64,000 nucleotides of DNA from an uncultured Nitrospiraceae bacterium. Lineage in GTDB: Bacteria > Nitrospirota > Nitrospiria > Nitrospirales > Nitrospiraceae. The notes beneath the pieces are model-generated. The model was not told the DNA's origin. It did no database searches and worked only from the letters and a program-made list of their open reading frames with translations. Location: assembly GCA_963846575.1 (NCBI GenBank), contig CAWJWJ010000002.1, positions 1,984,001 through 2,048,000 of the forward strand, in the 5' to 3' direction. A program made the position numbers and the translations under genes. Of this stretch, positions 43,672-51,976 are shown piece by piece. Position 1 is the stretch's first letter. Every line of letters begins with the position of its first letter.

Positions 43672-44116
43672 GAGGCAACGGAGAAGCATCCCTGGCGGGT
43701 TGACGCGAACGTTCGGTCTCCGGCCCCTCCGGCATCAGGCCGTCGGCGGGGAGCGAAGCGGCGTTCACGCGCTTCGTGGTCAAATCGACGTGCCAAATGT
43801 ATTCCCGCTCAAACCATTGCGTCGTCCCCTGCTCCCGGATATAGATCCGTACCTCATAACGGTCGGCGTCCTGCTTAATCACCTGCCACTCTCCCAGCCG
43901 CAGGCCCAACTTGCGGTCTTCCTGAATCCGGGCCCGTTCATTGAATGCTTGGAGAATGGTGGGGTAGCCGACCGCCCGATGGGTCTGCACCAAAGCCAAG
44001 GCCTGGGCAGCCTGTGGGTCAGTGAGGGGATTCAGAGAAGGCGGCTTCATCCACCAGTAGACCAACCCTCCAACCAGAAGCACCAGAACCACACCATAAT
44101 GGAGCGCTTTACTCAT
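43661..44116 (-). CDS. Membrane-anchored hypothetical protein
   Basis: N-terminal TM (VVLVLLVGGLVYWW); otherwise no recognised motif. Confidence 0.6.
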   Translation of the reverse strand: MSKALHYGVVLVLLVGGLVYWWMKPPSLNPLTDPQAAQALALVQTHRAVGYPTILQAFNERARIQEDRKLGLRLGEWQVIKQDADRYEVRIYIREQGTTQWFEREYIWHVDLTTKRVNAASLPADGLMPEGPETERSRQPARDASPLPPTM

Positions 44117-44317
44117 ACGTGTAAGCCCATAGCTGAAGACACCTCCCGGATGATGGGTCATCATATGTGGCGTAAGAATTCACTGTCAATCGCCGACGCG
44201 CCCGCCGTAGGCAGACTGCCGGCTTCCATGAGACCTCGCGCTGCTTGACAAGGCTGCGGAACGCTGTGGTACAAGTATCGGTCATCCTACGTCACCCAAT
44301 CGGAGCATCATTGTTCA

Positions 44318-44767
44318 ATGAAGTTTTTCTTCTATGCGGACAATTTGAATCTGTCCCAGCTCAAGCGGCGCGCCCCTGAACATAAGTTTCTCTTTACCGC
44401 CTATCTTCCCGACCACAGCATTCAATTTTGCCGATGGTCGACGCAGTGGCGGTGTGGTCTCGCGAGCATCGTGCCCTCTCCGGGAGAAAAGGTCTTGGGA
44501 GCCGTGTTTGAAATTACCGATGAAGACCTCAAGATCCTGGATGAGTTCGAAGACGATGTCCCGCATGGGGCCTACCGGCATTTGCCCGTCACGGTGATCA
44601 CCGCCGAGGGCGATAAAATGCTGGTCACGACCCATGCAGCCAACCCCATCGGCAAGTTCAAGCCGAAGGAGCATTATATTGACTGGGTCATTAAAGGCCT
44701 GAAGCAATGGAAGTTGCCTGAAGAAGCCTTGGAACAATGGCAGGCCTACAAACCACAACCGCACTGA
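44318..44767 (+). CDS. Gamma-glutamylcyclotransferase-like protein
   Basis: FFYADNL, ASIVP.PG.KV.GAVF, LDEFE. Confidence 0.75.
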   Translation: MKFFFYADNLNLSQLKRRAPEHKFLFTAYLPDHSIQFCRWSTQWRCGLASIVPSPGEKVLGAVFEITDEDLKILDEFEDDVPHGAYRHLPVTVITAEGDKMLVTTHAANPIGKFKPKEHYIDWVIKGLKQWKLPEEALEQWQAYKPQPH

Positions 44768-44816
44768 CCGACCTGCACGCAGCCTATTACCCCTATCGCT
44801 AAAAAAAGAGGTCACT

Positions 44817-45143
44817 ATGCCCAAGCCGAAGTATCACATCCTCGTCTGCACCAATGCCCGGCCACCCGGCCACCCCAAACCATCCTGCGGCGGCCAGGGA
44901 TCAGCCCAGCTGCTCATGACCTTTAACATGGGATTGATGCAGCGCGGCATTATGCCCGGCGAAGTCCTCGTCACCGGATCATCATGTCTCGGACCCTGCG
45001 AGCAGGGACCGACGGTTGTCGTGTATCCCGAAGGCACCTGGTACACCAAGGTCACGGAAGCGGATGTCGCCACAATTCTGGATGAGCACATCAAAGGCGG
45101 CAAACCCGCCGAGAAGCTGAAGCCAGATTCCGTCTGGGGTTGA
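44817..45143 (+). CDS. Thioredoxin-like [2Fe-2S] ferredoxin
   Basis: HILVCTN...SC, SSCLGPCEQGPTVVVYPEGTWY. Confidence 0.9.
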   Translation: MPKPKYHILVCTNARPPGHPKPSCGGQGSAQLLMTFNMGLMQRGIMPGEVLVTGSSCLGPCEQGPTVVVYPEGTWYTKVTEADVATILDEHIKGGKPAEKLKPDSVWG

Positions 45144-45169
45144 TGAACCGGAAGGCGTGACGCACGATC

Positions 45170-45682
45170 GTGGGACACTCCACTCCTCAACAACATAAGG
45201 CCCATGCACCCCGAAGCATCGGGTGCATGGTCATTACCTGTAGCGACACCCGAACGCCGGACAACGATACCAGCGGCCAACTTATCATGCGGCTGCTGAA
45301 GGAACAGGGGCATCAGGTACTCGCCTACCACTTGGTGAAGGACGAGCCACTTCTGATCAAGGAACGGATTGGTGAAGCGCTACGGACCGAAGGGGTTCAG
45401 GTCATTCTCGTTAACGGAGGGACTGGAATCTCCCGGCGGGACTCCACGTTTGAAGCGGTGGACGCCATGTTGGAAAAACGTCTGGACGGATTCGGCGAAA
45501 TTTTCCGGGCCCTCACGTACGAGGAGATCGGATCCCCGGCCATCATGAGCCGAGCCACCGCCGGCATCGTCCACGGTCGTGTGCTGTTTTCCACCCCGGG
45601 CTCCGAAAATGCGGTGCGATTGGCAATGGATAAGCTCATCCTCCCTGAACTCGGGCACCTCATCAAGGAACTCACCAAATAG
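45170..45682 (+). CDS. moaB: Molybdenum cofactor biosynthesis protein MoaB/MogA
   Basis: ITCSDTR...DTSG, GGTGISRRD, GFGEIFR, SRATAG, PGS. Confidence 0.88.
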   Translation: MGHSTPQQHKAHAPRSIGCMVITCSDTRTPDNDTSGQLIMRLLKEQGHQVLAYHLVKDEPLLIKERIGEALRTEGVQVILVNGGTGISRRDSTFEAVDAMLEKRLDGFGEIFRALTYEEIGSPAIMSRATAGIVHGRVLFSTPGSENAVRLAMDKLILPELGHLIKELTK

Positions 45683-45714
45683 GGCGCAAGAACGCAGCAC
45701 TCCTGCCGCGGTGC

Positions 45715-46149
45715 TTAGTCCTGCCCGATCTTCGGTTCAGAATAGACCTGGTTCGCCGCTAGCCTCGACTGCGCATACCGCTTGTAGTGCATCAACAGAT
45801 CGCGCACCGACACGACGCCGACAATCGAGCCGCCTTTGGTCACGGCGAGATGACGCACGCCAAGGTCACCCATCATATCCTGCGCCTCGTCAACCGCTTG
45901 GCCGCTTTCGATGGTGCAGATCGGGGACGTCATGATCTTGTCGACCGTGAGCTTCGAGACATCTTTACTCCCGGCCAGCGCCTTTCGCACCAGATCGGTA
46001 TCGGTCACAATGCCGACGTGGTTCTTGCCCTTCTTGATGAGCAGTGATCCGATTCGTAGCTCCCGCATTTTTTTTGCCGCACCGCGAACTGAAGTCGTCG
46101 GCCCGATGCTTTGAGGACGTTTGTTCATAATCTGCGCCACAGTCGCCAT
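45715..46149 (-). CDS. CBS-pair protein
   Basis: IGSLLI..GIVTDTD; RHLAV..GVVSVRD; resembles 22508-22900. Confidence 0.85.
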   Translation of the reverse strand: MATVAQIMNKRPQSIGPTTSVRGAAKKMRELRIGSLLIKKGKNHVGIVTDTDLVRKALAGSKDVSKLTVDKIMTSPICTIESGQAVDEAQDMMGDLGVRHLAVTKGGSIVGVVSVRDLLMHYKRYAQSRLAANQVYSEPKIGQD

Positions 46150-46198
46150 AGTCGTTGCCTTTCTCCCCGGTGGGACAAGGAGTCAAAATGAAACCGTA

Positions 46199-47239
46199 TC
46201 AGGATACCGTCAGCACGATCTTACCAAAAAACTGTCTCTTAAGTAGATACTCTTGCGCAGCCTTCGCCTCGGCGAGCGGAAAGGTGCGATCGACCAGGGG
46301 TCGCAATTTCCCTTGTCCGATCAATTGTGCAGCCTTCAGCAGTTCGCTCTGGGAGCCCATGTAGGACCCCTTGATCGTGAGCTGACGGGAATAGACATAA
46401 CGAAGATCCAGCTTCACGTCCGCCCCCGTCGTGGCCCCGCAGGTCACCAATCGCCCGCCCTTGGCCATGGAATCGATGCACTGCGGCCATACATCCGGGC
46501 CAATGTGCTCGATGACCACATCCACCCCGCGGCGGTGCGTTAGTTCCCGCACCCGTTGATTAATCTGCTCGCGACTATGGTTGATGACCTCGTCGGCGCC
46601 GAGCGCCCTGGCCTTTTCAACTTTGTCGTCATTGCCCACCGTGGTGAACACCCTGGCACCGGCCAACTTGGCCATCTGAATCGCCATGTGCCCCACACCG
46701 CTGCCCGCCCCCATGACCAACACATCCTCGCCGAGCCGCACATCTGCGAGCGTGAATAACATATGCCAGGCAGTGACGGACACCAGCGGAAACGCCGCGG
46801 CCTGCTCGAAAGTCAGGCTGCCCGGAATCGGAAACACATTCCGGGCCGGGACTTTGACGTACTCCGCATAACCACCGTGACACATCGCTCCGATCAGTCC
46901 ATACGAGCGGCACATGTTGTCGCGACCGGCGGCGCATTGCTCGCATCGTCCGCAGCCGACGCCGGGAGACACATACACGCGCTCCCCCTCGATGACCCCT
47001 TCGACCTGCGAGCCAATCCGCTCCACCACTCCGGCGATGTCCGAACCGGAGATATGCGGCAGCGGCATCGGATAGGCCGGACTGCCCTGCCGGATCCAAA
47101 TGTCGAGATGGTTTAACGCGCACGCCTTTACTCGAACGAGCACCTCGTTCTGATCGAGGGTCGGTGCCGGCATCTCCTGGTACTGCAATTTGCCGGGCCC
47201 GCCATGTTCGTGAAAGACGACCGCGTTCATCTCAAGCAC
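46199..47239 (-). CDS. Zinc-binding alcohol dehydrogenase / quinone oxidoreductase (MDR family)
   Basis: NHLD, CGRCEQCAAG..NMC structural Zn site, GAGSGVG. Confidence 0.88.
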   Translation of the reverse strand: MLEMNAVVFHEHGGPGKLQYQEMPAPTLDQNEVLVRVKACALNHLDIWIRQGSPAYPMPLPHISGSDIAGVVERIGSQVEGVIEGERVYVSPGVGCGRCEQCAAGRDNMCRSYGLIGAMCHGGYAEYVKVPARNVFPIPGSLTFEQAAAFPLVSVTAWHMLFTLADVRLGEDVLVMGAGSGVGHMAIQMAKLAGARVFTTVGNDDKVEKARALGADEVINHSREQINQRVRELTHRRGVDVVIEHIGPDVWPQCIDSMAKGGRLVTCGATTGADVKLDLRYVYSRQLTIKGSYMGSQSELLKAAQLIGQGKLRPLVDRTFPLAEAKAAQEYLLKRQFFGKIVLTVS

Positions 47240-47331
47240 CTGGGGCGCACGCAGCGCTCACCATCAACCGGGCACGTACCGGTTCCGATTGCTGGAATTG
47301 TGAAAGGCTCGGATGTGCACATACGTTTTCC

Positions 47332-48261
47332 TCAGAAGGTAAGCGTGCCCTCCACCACCATCATGGCTTGGCCCCCGACCGTCACCGATTGAATAACTTC
47401 CTCGTGGGAATCCACCTGGATCAGGATGCGCGATGGACGATCGATTTCATACCCTTGCTCGGCGGTAATTTCGGTAACCGGACCGATATCCACCACTCCA
47501 TGTTGCACCAGATACGCCCCCAAAGCGCCGCTGGCGCTGCCGGTTGCGGGATCCTCCACGATGCCGATCAACGGAGCGAACATACGCGTGTGCACCGTCG
47601 AAGATTGTTCGACCGTCATCGTACTGAACACCATGAGTCCGTTGGATCCATATTGCTGAGACAGTTCCGCAATGGCGGCGACATCAGGAATGATCGAACG
47701 CACCGCCGTCAGGGTGCGCACCGGCACGATGATGACCGGCAACCCCGTAGACACGACCTGGACCGGAAAGTGGGTTTCCGTGATCAGCGCCTTCGTGATT
47801 CCCAATGAGCGGGCGATCGCGAAAAGGGCTTCCGGCTCATCGATGACATCCAGAAACTGCGGGCTGGGTTGCGACATCACCACGCGCTCGATCACGCCGT
47901 CCCGCGCATGGATATCGACGGGAAACAGTCCGAGATTGCACTCTTGCAGCACCCTCGTCACCGGTCCCTTGAGATTGAGGCGTTTCAATGTGCCCAGCAC
48001 AAAGAACGTGCCGATTACCGGATGTCCGGCGAAGGGAATCTCCTGCGTCGGGGTGAAGATGCGCATTTTGACGACAGCCGCTTTATCGGCGGGTGGAAAC
48101 ACGAACACCGTTTCCGACAAATTCATCTCGCGGGCGATGCGCTGTAACTCATCGTCGGTCAATCCATCGGCATCAGGGAACACGGCCACGGGATTTCCGC
48201 CGAATGGCTCGTCGGTAAATACGTCGGCCTGGTAGAACTGCAGTTTGCGCAGAGCGGTCAT
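47332..48261 (-). CDS. PhzF-family (DAP-epimerase fold) isomerase
   Basis: DVFT..PFGGNP, EMNLSETVF, RIFTP..EIPFAGHP, EDPATGSA. Confidence 0.92.
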   Translation of the reverse strand: MTALRKLQFYQADVFTDEPFGGNPVAVFPDADGLTDDELQRIAREMNLSETVFVFPPADKAAVVKMRIFTPTQEIPFAGHPVIGTFFVLGTLKRLNLKGPVTRVLQECNLGLFPVDIHARDGVIERVVMSQPSPQFLDVIDEPEALFAIARSLGITKALITETHFPVQVVSTGLPVIIVPVRTLTAVRSIIPDVAAIAELSQQYGSNGLMVFSTMTVEQSSTVHTRMFAPLIGIVEDPATGSASGALGAYLVQHGVVDIGPVTEITAEQGYEIDRPSRILIQVDSHEEVIQSVTVGGQAMMVVEGTLTF

Positions 48262-48360
48262 AGGGTCCTCAAGAAAGTTGCTGGCGCATGTTGCCCCGAG
48301 TCGCGTTTTTTTGCAAGAGGGCGGGCGGCGATTCCGCAGATCGGACGCCTTCAGCTGGCA

Positions 48361-49602
48361 CTAGGCAGGCTTGGGCAGAGCTTCGTACTGCTGCGCCAAT
48401 GGATGCGTGAGGTACTGCTCCACGTAATTCTGCAATGACCCGTTGCGATACAGCTGGTGGTTGGCGAATCGAGTGTCGATCTTGTGCAGGACCTTCACCC
48501 GTACGCCGGTCTTTTTCGTGAACTGCTCCAGGGTGACCCCGGTGATATCTGTATAGGGTCCACGGCCAGATTGCATGATGCACTTCGGAATATGCACGGT
48601 CTTTTCCTTGGTCAGGCGTCGCGCGATGTCATCGAACGTTAACAGCACCGTACAGTCGGAATCGCCGCTCAGCAGCGCGTTGGGCACATACAAAAACCGG
48701 GCTCGGTTCTTCCGGAACATGCTGAGAATCTTGTGGACGCTACCCGCCATGACGACGGTGTCATGTTTCTCGAGTTCCAACGAGTCAAACAGACTCACGA
48801 TACGGCGGCGGCTCAAGAACGCAGTCGTATAGGCCTCGGTATGGATGGTCTGCAGGTTCGGGAATCCCCTGTCGTACACGCGTCTGGCTTCCTCCGGCAG
48901 GAATCTCCGGCCCTGGCGCATGACGGCAGCGGTCTCCTCCTTCAGCCCTCGCACTGGCGTGAGCGTGCCCATCCACAGCACACATTTTTGGTTGATAGCC
49001 GAAATGGCCGCCGCGTCCTGCGACATCGTGTCTTTGTCAAAGGCATAAAAATTCGCCGAGGAGACGGCCGGGCCATCCAGCACCTTCATGACATGTTTGA
49101 CGGAGGGCGCATGCGGCATCAGCCGCTGCCGATAGTCGCTCAACGTGATGACCGATAATTCAAAGTTGATGCGGCCGGAGTACTGTGCGGTGAGCTGATG
49201 GATCTTGGGTACATGGACGAACCCGACGGTGAAGAATTGAATGTTCTTGTCCGTCTCTCGCAGAAAGTCTTCGACCCACTCCATGGCCTTGGGGTGCAGG
49301 AACAGGTCGGTCCATTCCATGAACTCATTGCCGCCCAAACACCAGAACTGGGTCGGGTCCGTCGGTTTTTTCTGGATATAGTCGAGGATGAAGGCCCAGT
49401 CGGCATCGCTCGTCTTGGGCGGATCGAGCGTCTCTCGATAGGAATGGTCCAGTTCGTAGCAGAACTCGCACTTCACCGGACAATCACGGCCCAGGCTCAG
49501 GGGAATCTTGCCGGCGTCCATTTCACGGATAAGAACCTGACGGTAATCGGTCCGATCTTTGAAGATCGGAACAGGCTGAAAAATCGGGAGTGCAGTGGTC
49601 AT
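48361..49602 (-). CDS. Atypical radical SAM protein with DUF512-like C-terminus
   Basis: CPVKCEFC (CX3CX2C); C-terminal VPNALLSGDSDCTVLLTFDDI...IPKCIM resembles DUF512 proteins. Confidence 0.65.
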   Translation of the reverse strand: MTTALPIFQPVPIFKDRTDYRQVLIREMDAGKIPLSLGRDCPVKCEFCYELDHSYRETLDPPKTSDADWAFILDYIQKKPTDPTQFWCLGGNEFMEWTDLFLHPKAMEWVEDFLRETDKNIQFFTVGFVHVPKIHQLTAQYSGRINFELSVITLSDYRQRLMPHAPSVKHVMKVLDGPAVSSANFYAFDKDTMSQDAAAISAINQKCVLWMGTLTPVRGLKEETAAVMRQGRRFLPEEARRVYDRGFPNLQTIHTEAYTTAFLSRRRIVSLFDSLELEKHDTVVMAGSVHKILSMFRKNRARFLYVPNALLSGDSDCTVLLTFDDIARRLTKEKTVHIPKCIMQSGRGPYTDITGVTLEQFTKKTGVRVKVLHKIDTRFANHQLYRNGSLQNYVEQYLTHPLAQQYEALPKPA

Positions 49603-49681
49603 GGTTATGACCGATCTGTCGCCTCAGGGGCGACGACTGCTAGATTGACAAGCTCAGCATCGACTCGGCAGACTCCCTGAC

Positions 49682-49969
49682 ATGAATGACGACCGCCTCG
49701 CCAAGGCCCTCGAACTCTTCGCGCTCACCCTCCCCGTCTCCCGCGACCGACTCGACCGGACCCGCGCACAACTCCTCCACACATGGAATCCCCATCGTTA
49801 CGCCAACCACGCGAATAACCCACGCAAATACATGAAGATGGTAAAACAAGGCGAAGCGATGACCAGAGAGATCGAACGCGCCTACCAGCTGCTGCTGGGA
49901 TGTGTGGAAACTGGAAGTGAAGAAGTGCCGACCGGGGAGAAAAACCTATCCGTCTCTGATCCGCCATAA
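49682..49969 (+). CDS. Small J-domain-like protein with a degenerate HPD motif
   Basis: ALELFAL...L...R..LLHTWNPHRY...EIERAYQLL helical pattern. Confidence 0.55.
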   Translation: MNDDRLAKALELFALTLPVSRDRLDRTRAQLLHTWNPHRYANHANNPRKYMKMVKQGEAMTREIERAYQLLLGCVETGSEEVPTGEKNLSVSDPP

Positions 49970-50003
49970 GCTCCAGGCTGGCCGCCATCAGCTCGTCGCG
50001 TCG

Positions 50004-51974
50004 TTATGAGACCCCATGCGAGACCACCCGGGACATCGAGGTTTCCCCGTCCTTGTCTCCGGTCCCTTCGGCAATCGCCATGGGCCAGGTCACCAGACCC
50101 GACACGCCGTCGGCCGCAGTCGCGCCTTCTTTTGTCGCCGCGTAAATCTGCGGCAACCGATTCGTTCCAAACTTGGAAATGTAGAGAAACACGTGTTCGC
50201 GCGCGTTGACACGCACCGCCCAGGGATGAAAATCGTTTTTGTAGAATTCTTCGCAAAGCTGCATCGCGTCCAGGCACGAAAGGGTGCTCGGATCGTTCAA
50301 CGTGTAGTAATAGTCCAGGGGGAGATCGTAGTCAGCCTGCTTGTGGATCGTGATGCCGAACTTTTCCGGATTGCGTACCATCGGCGTATGGCGATAGGCC
50401 ACGAAATAGAACAATTCTACCGAGTGGATCACCGGCTGGTTGTCGAGCACGAACTGTCGGGTCTCCAGCGCTTCATCGCGCGTTTCGCCCGGGAACCCGT
50501 AAAACGCCATCACGTGGTTCCAGATGCCCGCCTTCGCTGCCAGATGCAGGTTGTTTTCGATGACGCTCTTCTTGGCGTGCTTGTCCATGAGGTTCAAGAC
50601 CCGTTCGTTCGCCGACTCCATCCCGTAATACAGCGTGCAGCAACCGGCCTTGGCCGCCAAATCCCAAACGGCCTGCTCCTGGAGCGTTTCTTCAAAACGG
50701 ATCAGCGTGGTCCACTTGATGCCGACCTCCTGATCCACGAGCAGCTGCGAAACCTTCTTGAGCAGGGCCGGAGGATAGGACTCGTCGGAGAACAGGAAAT
50801 GCCGGCAGTGATACTTGTCCCGTAGCGCCTTGATCTGTTCGACCACCTGGTTGGCCGGCACCCCGCGATACTGATCGAAGTAGCCCTGACCATGGTCGCA
50901 GAACGTGCAGCGGCCCCAGTAACAACCGCGGGTGGCGAGATAGGGAATGATCAGTTCCGGCACGAAATACCGGTCCAGCGGCAACCCGTCGAAATCCGGC
51001 AGGGGTAGTGCGGTCGTCTTCTCGGTATAGACTTCCTGATTCCGCTGCACGCCTGAGGCATCGCGATACATCAAGTTGGGCACGGAGGCGATGGGCCGCT
51101 CCCCGTTCAAGGCCTCGATGAGCCAGAGCAGCGCATGTTCGCCTTCGTACAGGATGGCCGAGTCGAAGAGTTCCGCGAAGAATCGCTCCTGGTTCGGCAG
51201 CTCTTCCTGCAGCCGGGTGATGACATTCCCGCCGACCACCACATGGATCTGGGGAAACGATTCCTTGATCAATTTGCAGAATGTCAGGCCCGCAAGGAGC
51301 TGCATCTGGGTCCCGATCGAGATCCCGACCACGTCCGGCTTTTCTTTCGCCACCGCCGGCATGACCAACTGATTGCAGATGTCCCGATAAACGTTCACCT
51401 GCTCGTCATCCAGGCAGGCAAAGACTTCTTTCGAGACCCCGGGCCGATAACCCAGATTGCTTTCCATCGGATAGAACACGATCGAGGCCGGATAATAGGC
51501 GGCGGAGATATAGTGCATGACCTCGCGGAAGGTATTCAGCGCGACTTCCAACTGCTCAGCCTGATAGAACCGCTCGCCGCGCACGATCAACTTAGCATCT
51601 TCCGCCCGCTCCGCCAGCTCGAACACGTCCAGCGCATAGGCCTCCTCCACCACCGCTTTCTGGCTCGCCTCCTGGTCCGTCAGCGTCCCGGCCGTCTCTT
51701 TATCCTGCAGCGGCTTGAGCTGCATGCCCAACCGCGCCTTTACCCAGATCAGGAACTCCATGGTAAAGAAGTGGTCGTACATCTCAATGTTGATGTCGCG
51801 CTGCACGACCCGGTGTCCCGCCTCGCGGAGCACGGCCGTCAATGACGGCAGGGCCAGATAGGGAGCGGTCGGCACCCACTCGGGAGGAAACAGCAGCATG
51901 ACCTTCGACGACTTCCGATCCTCTTTCCTGATCGGAGCCAGGCCGTTGATTTGTACGAGGCCGGAGACAGACAT
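50004..51974 (-). CDS. B12-binding-domain radical SAM protein (class B type)
   Basis: N-terminal FPP..PYLALPSL, PDVVGISI, VVGGN; RGCYWGRCTFC; FSDE, YGMES, GFPGET. Confidence 0.9.
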   Translation of the reverse strand: MSVSGLVQINGLAPIRKEDRKSSKVMLLFPPEWVPTAPYLALPSLTAVLREAGHRVVQRDINIEMYDHFFTMEFLIWVKARLGMQLKPLQDKETAGTLTDQEASQKAVVEEAYALDVFELAERAEDAKLIVRGERFYQAEQLEVALNTFREVMHYISAAYYPASIVFYPMESNLGYRPGVSKEVFACLDDEQVNVYRDICNQLVMPAVAKEKPDVVGISIGTQMQLLAGLTFCKLIKESFPQIHVVVGGNVITRLQEELPNQERFFAELFDSAILYEGEHALLWLIEALNGERPIASVPNLMYRDASGVQRNQEVYTEKTTALPLPDFDGLPLDRYFVPELIIPYLATRGCYWGRCTFCDHGQGYFDQYRGVPANQVVEQIKALRDKYHCRHFLFSDESYPPALLKKVSQLLVDQEVGIKWTTLIRFEETLQEQAVWDLAAKAGCCTLYYGMESANERVLNLMDKHAKKSVIENNLHLAAKAGIWNHVMAFYGFPGETRDEALETRQFVLDNQPVIHSVELFYFVAYRHTPMVRNPEKFGITIHKQADYDLPLDYYYTLNDPSTLSCLDAMQLCEEFYKNDFHPWAVRVNAREHVFLYISKFGTNRLPQIYAATKEGATAADGVSGLVTWPMAIAEGTGDKDGETSMSRVVSHGVS

Positions 51975-51976
51975 GG

